A DNA stretch of 64,000 nt from an uncultured Gemmatimonadales bacterium (GCA_963817435.1 CAWFNY010000003.1:517065-581064), one strand, 5' to 3'; shown: positions 47,798 through 56,297, numbered from the stretch's first letter. Numbers and translations are program-made. The notes: generated by a model not told the origin, from the letters alone.

Positions 47798-48219
47798 TCG
47801 TTCCCCAGCGGGCGCGGGTCCTCTCCGGTGATCTTGATGAGGGCCTGGCGCGCCATGGCGGCGACGTCATCATTGCGGTCATCAAGGGTCTCGGTGAGGG
47901 CCGGCACGGCCTCCTTGGCCGCCGGACCGATCTCGCGCAGCGCGATGCACACCGGGTACCGCACCGCGGCCTCCGGGTCCTTGAGAGCCTCGATCAGCGC
48001 CGGCACCGCGGGGCGGGCATCGGCGCCCATGCCGCCGATCGCGTAGGCGGCGCGGTTGCGGGTGTAGGGGGCGAGACCCTTGAGATCGGCCACCCACGAG
48101 GAAAGACTCCGGCCCTGGAATTCCGGCTCCTTGTCGCCCTTGCCCTTCTTGCCCTGCGCCTCGGCGCGGACGGCGAAGAGCGCGAGGGCGAGCAGGCTGG
48201 CGATGATCGTTCGACGCAT
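47794..48219 (-). CDS. HEAT-repeat protein, secreted
   Basis: 141 aa. Signal MRRTIIASLLALALFAVRAEA. Repeats ARPAVPALIEALKDPEAAVR / AKEAVPALTETLDDRNDDV. Confidence 0.65.
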   Translation of the reverse strand: MRRTIIASLLALALFAVRAEAQGKKGKGDKEPEFQGRSLSSWVADLKGLAPYTRNRAAYAIGGMGADARPAVPALIEALKDPEAAVRYPVCIALREIGPAAKEAVPALTETLDDRNDDVAAMARQALIKITGEDPRPLGNE

Positions 48220-48359
48220 GATGTTTCTCCCTGCTACAGTGGTGACGTGAGACGGGAAGCTACACTGCCGGCCGGGCCCTGAACAGGATTTTCTCGAAAC
48301 CCTGAACAGATCATTACCGTACGCCAGCCGTCCCCCCCGAGACCAGGCACAGGCCCAAG

Positions 48360-50717
48360 ATGATCTTCGCGCTGCTCGCGCTCACGCACCTGGCCGCCGG
48401 CGATTCGGCCTCGCGCTTCGATGGTCAGAGGCGCGATCTCATGGTCGCGCCGCCGCGGATCGAGACCGTGATAAGGGTGGACGGTATCCTCGACGAGCCG
48501 GTGTGGAGCCAGGCGGCGGTGCTGGACGGGTTCTCCCACTTCCAGCCGATCGATGGCGTGCCGGCGGAGGATTCGACCGAAGTCCTCGTCTGGTACTCCT
48601 CGACCGCGATCCACTTCGGCATTCACGCCCGCGAGCCGCATGGGGTCGTGCACGCGACGCTCGCCGACCGGGACCGGATCTTCGCCGATGACTACGTCCA
48701 GCTCCTGCTCGGCACCTTCGACGATGGCCGGCAGGCATACATGTTCGCGGTCAATCCGCTGGGCGTGCAGGGTGACGGCTCGCTGGTCGAGAGGGGCCAG
48801 GTCGCGGGCGGCGGCTTCATGGGCGGCGCGGCGGCGGCCCGCGAGGAGGCCGACCTGAGCCCGGACTTCGTGTTCGAGTCGAAGGGACGGCTGGTGGACG
48901 GCGGGTACGATGTCGAGGTCCGGATCCCCTTCAAGAGCCTGCGCTACCAGTCGAAACAGGTGCAGCGCTGGCAGCTGCACGTGCTGCGGCGGATCCAGCA
49001 CTCGGGCTTCGAGGACTCGTGGGTGCCCGCGGAGCGGGCCAGCGCTTCCTTTCTGAGCCAGGCGGGGACGCTCACGGGGCTCAGCGGCCTGATCCGGGGC
49101 CTGACGCTCGACGTGACTCCCGAAGTGACGGGCCGGTGGAGCGGGGCGCGCACCACGCAGGGCCGCTGGAACTACGACCGCTCGGGCCCGGACATCGGCG
49201 GCACGCTGCGCTGGGGGATCACCAACAATCTGTCCCTGAACGGCACCGCGAATCCGGACTTTTCGCAGGTCGAGTCCGACGTCTCCAGCATCCAGTTCGA
49301 CCCGCGGGACGCGATCTTCTTCCCGGAGAAACGGCCGTTTTTTCTCGATGGTCTGGAACTCTTCCAGACGCCGAACAACCTCGTCTACACCCGGCGCATC
49401 GTGCAGCCGGCCGCGTCGGTCAAGCTCACCGGCAAGGCCCTCGGCACCACCGTCGGCCTGATCTCCGCGGTGGACGACCGCGTGGCCTCCCTCACCGGAG
49501 ATGAGCACCCCCTGATCAACGTGCTCCGGCTGCAGAAGGATGTCGCGGCCCGGTCGCGCGTCGGACTGGTCTACACCGATCGCATCGATGGCAGCGACTG
49601 GAACCGGGTGGGGGCGGTCGACGGCCGGATCGTGGTCGGCAGGAGCAACTTCAGCTTCCAGGTCGGCAACGGGTGGACGCACGAAGGCGGCGTCAGCACC
49701 TCCGGCCCCATCTGGCGCGCGAACTTCAACACCAACGGCCGCACGTTCGGGGTGCGCTACACCTTCGCGGGGATCGATCCCGACTTCCAGTCGCGGAGCG
49801 GCTTCATCCGCCGCCGGGGCGACGTCGATCTCCTGCTGGTGAATCTGCTGACGCTCAACGGCAAACCGGGAAGCTTCATCGAGAGCTTCACCCCGGACAT
49901 CACCCTCAACGGGACCTGGACCTACGATCGCTTCACCGCCGGCCATGGCGTTCGTGACCAGAAGTTCCACGTCAACCTGAACGCCACCCTCCGGGGCGGC
50001 TGGGGCGTCGGCGCCTCGGTGCTGCTGGAGAAATTCGGGTACGATCCGCGGATCTACGGCGGCTACGCGCTCGAGGTGCCCGGACCCGGCGGTGCCGGCC
50101 TCGATACCGTCGCCTTCACCGGCGTGCCGAAGATCCCCAACCGCGACTGGGTGGTTTCGCTCTCCACGCCCGAATTCCAGGGCTTCTCGGCGAACGGTTT
50201 TCTGATCTGGGGGCAGGACGAGAACTTCTTCGAGTGGGCGTCGGCGAACATCCTGTTCGCCGACTTCGGCGTGAACTGGCGCCCCACGGGACAGTTGCGC
50301 ATCGAGGGACGATATCAGCACAACCAGTACACGCGGCGCACCGATGGCAGCATCGTGGGCCGCCAGCGGATCCCCCGGCTCAAGATCGAGTATCAGATCG
50401 CGCGGCCGCTCTTCGTCCGCCTGGTCGGCGAGTACAACGCCTATCAGCAGGACAGTCTGCGTGACGACACCCGCACCAGCGCGCCGATCCTGATCTACAA
50501 CAACGCCAGCGGGCACTACGAGCGCTCTCCCGCCTTCAGCGACAATACCTTCCGCGGCGACGTGCTGGTCTCCTTCACGCCGGTGCCTGGCACGGTGCTG
50601 TTCGCGGGTTACGGGAGCACGCTCACCGACCCGGGGGCCTTCAAGTTCCGCTCGCTCAGGCGCCAGCAGGACGGATTCTTCCTCAAGGGGAGCTATCTCT
50701 TCCGGATCGGGGGGTGA
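48360..50717 (+). CDS. CBM9-like / DUF5916 family outer-membrane-type protein
   Basis: 785 aa. IRVDGILDEPVWSQA...FQPIDG...DDYVQLLLGTFDD...AYMFAVNPLGVQGDG at the N-terminus. Beta-rich remainder ending in an aromatic-rich tail. Confidence 0.7.
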   Translation: MIFALLALTHLAAGDSASRFDGQRRDLMVAPPRIETVIRVDGILDEPVWSQAAVLDGFSHFQPIDGVPAEDSTEVLVWYSSTAIHFGIHAREPHGVVHATLADRDRIFADDYVQLLLGTFDDGRQAYMFAVNPLGVQGDGSLVERGQVAGGGFMGGAAAAREEADLSPDFVFESKGRLVDGGYDVEVRIPFKSLRYQSKQVQRWQLHVLRRIQHSGFEDSWVPAERASASFLSQAGTLTGLSGLIRGLTLDVTPEVTGRWSGARTTQGRWNYDRSGPDIGGTLRWGITNNLSLNGTANPDFSQVESDVSSIQFDPRDAIFFPEKRPFFLDGLELFQTPNNLVYTRRIVQPAASVKLTGKALGTTVGLISAVDDRVASLTGDEHPLINVLRLQKDVAARSRVGLVYTDRIDGSDWNRVGAVDGRIVVGRSNFSFQVGNGWTHEGGVSTSGPIWRANFNTNGRTFGVRYTFAGIDPDFQSRSGFIRRRGDVDLLLVNLLTLNGKPGSFIESFTPDITLNGTWTYDRFTAGHGVRDQKFHVNLNATLRGGWGVGASVLLEKFGYDPRIYGGYALEVPGPGGAGLDTVAFTGVPKIPNRDWVVSLSTPEFQGFSANGFLIWGQDENFFEWASANILFADFGVNWRPTGQLRIEGRYQHNQYTRRTDGSIVGRQRIPRLKIEYQIARPLFVRLVGEYNAYQQDSLRDDTRTSAPILIYNNASGHYERSPAFSDNTFRGDVLVSFTPVPGTVLFAGYGSTLTDPGAFKFRSLRRQQDGFFLKGSYLFRIGG

Positions 50718-51255
50718 GGGGAAGGTGGCCCCGCGATGCCTCGCGGCCCCGCTCCTGCCATCGCAGCGGGTTCAGCTCGATGTATCGGCGGATGCGTTGA
50801 AGCTCGTCGTTGTCGCGAATGACCCGGTCCCAGTACCTCGACTGCCAGCGGAAGTCAGCGAGGGAGTCCCGGCGAATCAGCCGAGTTGATCTCGCCTTCC
50901 AGCAGCGGATGATCTTGCCAATCGACGGATCACGGGCCGCCATGAATGAGGCTGGAATGACGGCCTTGGACTGACTCGCCGACTGGCGAGGCACCACTGA
51001 TTGCCTCGAAGTCTCCAGCATCAGGATTGCATGAACGTGATCGGGCATGATCACGAGGCGGTCCAGAGTGAGTCCGGGGAAGTGCCCGGGGAGAAGACGG
51101 GCAGCCGCCAGCACGACACGGCCAGCGCTGGTGAGGTGCACTCTGCCGCCGGAGATGTGGCTGAGCAGTCGCCTCCGCTCGTGGACATTGAAGGTGACGA
51201 AATAGCCAGCAGGAGAGGAGTAGTCCCAGTCTGGCAATCGGCGAGGTCGGCTCAT
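50683..51255 (-). CDS. REP-associated tyrosine transposase (RAYT, IS200/IS605 Y1 family)
   Basis: ORF 50683..51387. ATG at 51255. HUH motif MPDHVHAIL. Tyr motif WQSRYWDRVIRD. C-terminal NPLRW. Confidence 0.85.
   Translation of the reverse strand: MSRPRRLPDWDYSSPAGYFVTFNVHERRRLLSHISGGRVHLTSAGRVVLAAARLLPGHFPGLTLDRLVIMPDHVHAILMLETSRQSVVPRQSASQSKAVIPASFMAARDPSIGKIIRCWKARSTRLIRRDSLADFRWQSRYWDRVIRDNDELQRIRRYIELNPLRWQERGREASRGHLPLTPRSGRDSSP
50727..50750 (-). repeat. REP-like palindrome inside the 3' end of the RAYT ORF
   Basis: The minus strand reads GGGGCCGCGA-ggca-TCGCGGGGCC. Its left arm is identical to the REP consensus of this window. Confidence 0.55.
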
Positions 51256-51361
51256 GGCGCCGGATAGCGGAGTCTCGGGCTCTGTTGAACAGTTGGTCCC
51301 GCGAATCTGCAGAAGCCGGCACAACCGATCATCAATCTTCGGTCGGGGCAGAATCGACGGT

Positions 51362-51385
51362 GGGGCCGCGATTAATCGCGGCCCC
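51362..51385. repeat. REP, perfect 24-bp palindrome
   Basis: GGGGCCGCGATTAATCGCGGCCCC, 107 bp upstream of the RAYT start. Confidence 0.8.
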
Positions 51386-51499
51386 ACACTTCAGGAGAGC
51401 TCCGCGGAGTCTTCACTATCCAGCTCCATTAATCGCGGCCCCACACTTCAGGAGAGCTCCGCGGAGTCTTCACTATCCAAGTCCATCACTCGGCCCCCC
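51371..51499. repeat. 57-bp tandem repeat (2 copies plus a degenerate partial third)
   Basis: The unit ATTAATCGCGGCCCCACACTTCAGGAGAGCTCCGCGGAGTCTTCACTATCCAGCTCC occurs at 51371-51427 and again at 51428-51484 with 2 mismatches. The next unit starts ATCACTCGGCCCCCC. Confidence 0.85.
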
Positions 51500-51503
51500 A
51501 CCC

Positions 51504-52145
51504 TCACTCCCACGCCGAAAACTGCCCCTCCGCTGCGAGCGCGGTCATCGCCTCACGGAACTCGGTCATGTAGGCGTCGCGGTCGCCCTTCCACGTTACC
51601 GGCTCACCCACGAAGACATCCACGAAGAACGGCACCAGGATCGCCTCCCCCTTGGGCAGCGCCTTGCCGAGTCCGTGCATGAACACGGGAACCACCGGCA
51701 CATCCGGTCTCCGTTCGCTCAGCCGGGCGATGCCGCTCTTGAACTCGGTGAGCTGTTCCGGTTCCCCCCGCGATCCCTCGGGAAAGAAGATGAGGATCTC
51801 GCCGCGGTCGAGGGCCTGCACGAGCGGTGCGAGCGGGTCCTCGTCCGGTGAGGAACGCTGCCGGCGGATGGGGAGGATGCCGATGATCTCGGTGGCGAAC
51901 CAGGCGATCACCCGGTTGCGCAGGAAATAGTCCGCCGCCGCCACCGGCCGCACCCGGTCCAGCAGCGAGAGCGGCATCAGCGTCATCAGCACCATCGTGT
52001 CGAGATGGCTGTTGTGATTCGCCGCGAGGACCGCCGGGCCGGTCTTCGGCAGCCGCTGGCGATGCCGGACGTTGAGTCCGAGGACGACCGTGACGACGCC
52101 CCGGACGATCACCGCGAAGAAGAAGAGACGGAGCAGTCGGCTCAA
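51504..52145 (-). CDS. 1-acyl-sn-glycerol-3-phosphate (lysophospholipid) acyltransferase
   Basis: 213 aa. HX4D motif [15 protein letters not shown]. Confidence 0.88.
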   Translation of the reverse strand: MSRLLRLFFFAVIVRGVVTVVLGLNVRHRQRLPKTGPAVLAANHNSHLDTMVLMTLMPLSLLDRVRPVAAADYFLRNRVIAWFATEIIGILPIRRQRSSPDEDPLAPLVQALDRGEILIFFPEGSRGEPEQLTEFKSGIARLSERRPDVPVVPVFMHGLGKALPKGEAILVPFFVDVFVGEPVTWKGDRDAYMTEFREAMTALAAEGQFSAWE

Positions 52146-52184
52146 CGGTGTCCCATGGAGGCGGCCGGACCGGCCACCGCGCGG

Positions 52185-53105
52185 CTAGAAGTAGTAGAAT
52201 CGCAGGAAGTGAAAGAAGAGCGGTGCGGTATAGGTGAGGCTGTTGATCCGGTCGAGCACGCCGCCATGACCGGGCAGCATCGTGCCGGCATCCTTCACCC
52301 CGATGTCGCGCTTCACCGCGCCGATCGTGATGTCGCCGAGGAAACCGCCCGCCCCGATCATCAGGCCGGCGGCGACGCTGTCGGCGAGGCTGAGCGGCGT
52401 GAGGATCGGCGCGAGGAGCATCGAGAGGGCGGTGGTGGTGACCAGGCCGCCGATCAGCCCCTCGACGGTCTTGTTGGGACTCACCGTCGGCACGACCTTG
52501 TTGCGCCCCAGCGTCTTCCCCCACACATACTGCGCCACGTCGTTGAGCTGGGTGAGCACGACCAGGTAGAGCACCAGCGCGGCCCCGCCCGTGGGCGAGA
52601 GCACCAGCAGGTAGGCCTGATGGCTGATGCTGAACACCATGAGCATCAGCCCCCACTGCAGCGTGCCGATCGCGCGCAGGAAGTCCTTCGTCTCGCCGAT
52701 CAGCACCATCCTGGCGGAGATCAGCAGCATCACCCACACCGGGATGAACACGATGAACATCCCGTACCAGCCGCGATACACCCAGTAGTACTGGATCGGG
52801 ATGCTGAGGTAGGCCCAGAAGAGCACCCGGCGGTCGGCGCGCCGGGTCGGGATCAGCGAGAGGTACTCCTTCAGCGCGAGGAAGGAGATGAAGGCGAAGA
52901 AGACGATCGACAGCCGCCGGTCGATCGCGATGGCGATCACGAAGACCGCGACCATCACCCACCAGGACTTCACCCGCGCCGCGAGCTCGCCGTACTTCTC
53001 CGCGGGCCCCTTCCGCAGCAGGAACCAGGTGACGCCGCTCGCCACGATCAGCAGGCCGAGAATGCCGCCGAGCACCACGCGGACTCCGGGAGTGAGGCCA
53101 GTCAT
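52185..53105 (-). CDS. cdsA: Phosphatidate cytidylyltransferase (CdsA/YnbB family)
   Basis: 306 aa polytopic protein. SPNKTVEG and AVKRDIGVKDAGTMLPGHGGVLDRINS signature. Confidence 0.88.
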   Translation of the reverse strand: MTGLTPGVRVVLGGILGLLIVASGVTWFLLRKGPAEKYGELAARVKSWWVMVAVFVIAIAIDRRLSIVFFAFISFLALKEYLSLIPTRRADRRVLFWAYLSIPIQYYWVYRGWYGMFIVFIPVWVMLLISARMVLIGETKDFLRAIGTLQWGLMLMVFSISHQAYLLVLSPTGGAALVLYLVVLTQLNDVAQYVWGKTLGRNKVVPTVSPNKTVEGLIGGLVTTTALSMLLAPILTPLSLADSVAAGLMIGAGGFLGDITIGAVKRDIGVKDAGTMLPGHGGVLDRINSLTYTAPLFFHFLRFYYF

Positions 53106-53710
53106 CGGCCGCCCTTCGCCAGCGCCCGCCGGCTGCGGTTGAGGATGGTGAGCATCGCCAGCAGCGCGACCACCGTGAGCAGCAGCGCCGACCAGGCGCC
53201 CGGGGCGAGGCCCAGCCCGAGCAGGAGCGCCAGCAGTCCGAACACGAAGGCCCGGTCGCTCTTGCCCATCGGGCCGTCGTAGCGCCGCTCGGCACCGATC
53301 TGGATGGCCACGACGCCTGCCATCTCGCTCGCGATGGCGAGCACCACGATCATGACGATGACCGGCGCGGGCAGCCCCGGCACGGCGGCGAAGGGCAGGT
53401 AGAGCGCGGCATCGGCCAGGACGTCACCGAGTTCGTTGAGGACCGCGCCGAGCCGGGACTTCTGATTGTGCTCGCGCGCGAGCATGCCGTCGATGGCGTT
53501 GAGCGCCATGCGGAGGAAGAGCACCGCCGGCACGGCGAAGAGCGCCCAGCGCGAGGTCGGGAAGCGGAGCAGGGCGAGGCCGGCGGCCCCCGAGAGGGCC
53601 GCCGCCGCAATCGTCACCTGGTTCGCGGTGACCCCGGCCGCCGCGAGCCTCCGCACCAGCGGACGCAGCAGGGACTGGAACTTCGGTTTCAGATCGTAGA
53701 TCGATGCCAT
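53102..53710 (-). CDS. CDP-alcohol phosphatidyltransferase (YnbA-like)
   Basis: 202 aa. DGMLAREHNQKSRLGAVLNELGDVLAD matches DGx2ARx8Gx3Dx3D. 4-bp overlap with cdsA. Confidence 0.88.
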   Translation of the reverse strand: MASIYDLKPKFQSLLRPLVRRLAAAGVTANQVTIAAAALSGAAGLALLRFPTSRWALFAVPAVLFLRMALNAIDGMLAREHNQKSRLGAVLNELGDVLADAALYLPFAAVPGLPAPVIVMIVVLAIASEMAGVVAIQIGAERRYDGPMGKSDRAFVFGLLALLLGLGLAPGAWSALLLTVVALLAMLTILNRSRRALAKGGR

Positions 53711-53714
53711 GCGG

Positions 53715-54536
53715 TCAGGGCTCGCGGATCCGGCTGGAAAAGTCGGGTGCGTTCAGCGCGGCCGCGGCGCGCTCGTTGATGCGGAACCGGTTTCGCGTCT
53801 CGGTCAGGCTCACGGTCGAGTCGATCAGGCCGAGGCGGTAGATCACCTCATCGCTGTACCCGGGGAGCACGATGCGCCAGCTCGACGGGATCCGCCCCGG
53901 CACGATCGCGTTGACATGGTGCACCAGATTCAGGGTGCAGTTGTTGGTGATCGTGTTGTACCACTCGGGTTTGCCGTGGAGCTCGTTGGCCCGCTCGAGC
54001 ATGCCGGTGAACATCGACCGTATCGCCTCGGGTGTCGCACGGATCGGATACAGGAAGACATCGGAGCCGTCGTAGACCGCCCGCCGGCCGATGAGGTCGC
54101 GCTCGGTGCCGACCACGTAGATCAGCTCGAATCGCCGAAGCAGTCCCTTCAGCACGCCGTAGACCTCCCCCTCCTCGCGGCGTGCCTCCACCGAAATCGC
54201 CACATACTGCCCGTCCGCGAATCCGAAGCTTACGAAAGCATGCGCCGGGCCCCGCCAGCGTTTCGAGAAGGGTACGAGCACGTACCAGGCGGTGCGGATG
54301 TCGTCGAGGTTGTAGCGCCGGATGCCCCACTCGGGCCGGAAGTCGGTGGCGCTGGTCCATGCGAAGTCGCGGACGCCCTGCACCACCACCCGCTCGCCCT
54401 CGAACTGGGCGAACGGCATGACCGACTGGTCCACCGCCCAGCGGCGGTCTTGGGAGGGACGCAGCGCAGCCCACATGATGGCGAGTACCAGAAGGGGAAG
54501 AAGGATGACGGCCGCCAGCAGGGTACGCCGGTTCAT
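53715..54536 (-). CDS. DUF4105 (Lnb-like periplasmic domain) protein
   Basis: 3' half of ORF 53715..55307. ATG at 54536 (MNRRTLLAAVILLPLLVLAIMWAAL) overlaps the upstream stop (TGATG). WYVLVPFS...AHAFVSFGF...ELIYVVGTERD...YNTITNNCT. Confidence 0.7.
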   Translation of the reverse strand: MNRRTLLAAVILLPLLVLAIMWAALRPSQDRRWAVDQSVMPFAQFEGERVVVQGVRDFAWTSATDFRPEWGIRRYNLDDIRTAWYVLVPFSKRWRGPAHAFVSFGFADGQYVAISVEARREEGEVYGVLKGLLRRFELIYVVGTERDLIGRRAVYDGSDVFLYPIRATPEAIRSMFTGMLERANELHGKPEWYNTITNNCTLNLVHHVNAIVPGRIPSSWRIVLPGYSDEVIYRLGLIDSTVSLTETRNRFRINERAAAALNAPDFSSRIREP

Positions 54537-55307
54537 CACCAGAGGCGCCCGAAATTGTAGACGCCGCCGGCGTAGATCCCGTCTGGCTGGGGACCGCGAA
54601 GCTTGAGGATGCCGCCCACGTCGAGCGTCCACCACGGGTGCAGCGTGAACACCGGGCCGCCGAGCAGCGCCATCGTGCCGGCCGCCCCCGCCGGGCCGGT
54701 CGTCCGCGGATAGCCGAAGACCTCCACCGTCACTCCGACGCCGCCCCGCACCGGGGCGCCGGTGGCAACCGCCCAGAGCCAGGCATTCCTGGGAGCCGCG
54801 CTGCCATCGCCGCTCCGCCTGGTGTAGCCGATGTTCACGTCCATGCTCGCCGTGCCGAACTGGTGGCTGGAGATCGCGAGGATGCGAGACATCGGTGGTG
54901 CCGGTGCCATGCGCGCCGGCGCCGACCGGCAGCTTGATCGCGGGGAGCACCGCGAAGTCGCCGAGCACCGGCAGTCCGTCCGCCAGCCGGAACTTGAGTC
55001 CCGCCGCGAGATCGCCGACACCCAGAGCGTCACCTGCCGGACGGGTGAGGCCGCCGAAGAGCGAGAGCTGGACCCGCGGGGCGAGACCGATCTTGATGAC
55101 GGTCGGGGTGACGATCGACCAGGCCCCCTGACCATGGTCGAACTCCGCGCCGGTCTCGAGCTCGATCCACCCCGGCGCCACGGTTCCCGCATGGGTCGCG
55201 ACGGTGGGCCGCTCCGGCTGCGCCGCATGCGGGTCGGGCTGCTGGGCGGCGAGCGGGAGCGCCGCGAGCAGGCTGACCAGCGCCAGTGGGAGAGGAGGGC
55301 GGATCAC
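54536..55307 (-). pseudogene. Outer-membrane beta-barrel (MetA-pathway/transporter-like family) with an apparent 1-nt frameshift near 54884
   Basis: The N-terminal half is in the frame of ORF 53715..55307 (signal MIRPPLPLALVSLLAALPLAAQ, GWIELETGAEF...GTGTTDVS). The C-terminal half is in the frame of ORF 54536..55228 (ILAISSHQFGTASMDVNIGY...GGVYNFGRLW). Confidence 0.65.
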
Positions 55308-55714
55308 GGCCCCCCTTCCTCCGAGGCGAGGCGCCGGAGCATCAGGTCGAAGACCACGAGCACGCCATGGGATTTGTCAGGCACGCGGACCAGGTAGCGC
55401 TCGCCCGCCCGCACCACAGCGACGGGGTAGGGCGGATGCAGTCCGGCGGCGCGCGTGGCTTCGAGACAGACCGGGTCCTCCGTCACCAGTTGCGCGGCCT
55501 CCGGCGGCATCGCGTCCAGCGCGAGCGCTCGGCGCCGGGCGGCCGTGGCGGAATCGGTCCCCGTGAGAAGAAACTGTACCTGGGTGAGAAAGTATCGGGC
55601 GGCGGAGTCGGTGGTGCAGCTCGCCAGATGGGCGGGGGGATCCTGCGCCGCGAGCGGGCTCACGGCCGCGAGGGTGCACAGCGAAAGCACGGCGGCCAGC
55701 GGACGGAGCATCAC
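55304..55714 (-). CDS. Hypothetical secreted protein
   Basis: 136 aa. Signal MMLRPLAAVLSLCTLAAVSPLAAQ. 4-bp overlap with the barrel gene start. Confidence 0.5.
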   Translation of the reverse strand: MMLRPLAAVLSLCTLAAVSPLAAQDPPAHLASCTTDSAARYFLTQVQFLLTGTDSATAARRRALALDAMPPEAAQLVTEDPVCLEATRAAGLHPPYPVAVVRAGERYLVRVPDKSHGVLVVFDLMLRRLASEEGGP

Positions 55715-55721
55715 TCGCCGG

Positions 55722-55883
55722 TCAGGGCAGATGGTCGTCGGCCCAGCGCTTGGCGAAGTAGCCTCCCGCGGCAGTCCCGAGGATACCGAGGAAGAATGCC
55801 GTCATCACCCCGATGGGAGCCCCGGCCCACCAGCCGACACTGCCACCAAGCGACGCTCCGATGAAGCCGACGACCTTGCTCAT
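55722..55883 (-). CDS. Small Gly-zipper membrane protein (53 aa, not in the ORF track)
   Basis: Own translation: MSKVVGFIGASLGGSVGWWAGAPIGVMTAFFLGILGTAAGGYFAKRWADDHLP, stop TGA 55722-55724. AGGGAG Shine-Dalgarno about 5 nt upstream. Confidence 0.5.
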   Translation of the reverse strand: MSKVVGFIGASLGGSVGWWAGAPIGVMTAFFLGILGTAAGGYFAKRWADDHLP

Positions 55884-55919
55884 GGGGGCTCCCTGGTGGC
55901 CGTTATTGCCCCGGCCCTG

Positions 55920-56297
55920 CTACCACTCGAGCAGGCCGAGCTCGTCCAGAAAGACTGCGACGGCGGCGAGTTTATCCATGCTCGGCTCCCGCTTGAAGGC
56001 CTGGGCCGCCTCACGGAGCGCGGCGGTGCCGGCGTTGCCGGTCCGCTCCCGGTACTGGCGATGGGTATCGCCAAGCTCGCGGAACACCGCGCGCAGCGAC
56101 TGGGCCAGGTGCGCGGCCTTTTCCTTCTCGAGGTCGGCGCTGGCCGTGGTCCGCTTGGCGCCCTTGGGGCGGACCGACTTGGCGCGGCGCTCCGAGGCAA
56201 CCACCGCCGCGGCGACCCGCCGGCCGACCCGGTCGCTCATGGTACCGCTGGGCTTCGGGGAGCGCAGTTCGCTGCTCTTGGGCGTCTTCTTGGGCAT
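55920..56297 (-). CDS. Hypothetical protein with a basic N-terminus
   Basis: ORF 55920..56324. ATG at 56297 (MPKKTPKSSELRSPKPSG...). No recognised family. Confidence 0.4.
   Translation of the reverse strand: MPKKTPKSSELRSPKPSGTMSDRVGRRVAAAVVASERRAKSVRPKGAKRTTASADLEKEKAAHLAQSLRAVFRELGDTHRQYRERTGNAGTAALREAAQAFKREPSMDKLAAVAVFLDELGLLEW

Noticed and set aside
51362-51499. Possible CRISPR array.
   Set aside because: There are only about 2.3 directly abutting 57-bp units with no unique spacers between them, and no cas genes. It is better explained as a REP-derived tandem duplication.
53715-55307. 530-aa ORF read as a single protein.
   Set aside because: It is a read-through artefact. The N-terminal part is the frameshifted OM barrel. 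The middle is out-of-frame junk (Arg/Gly-rich). The C-terminal 273 aa is a separate DUF4105 gene with its own ATG and TM signal at 54536.
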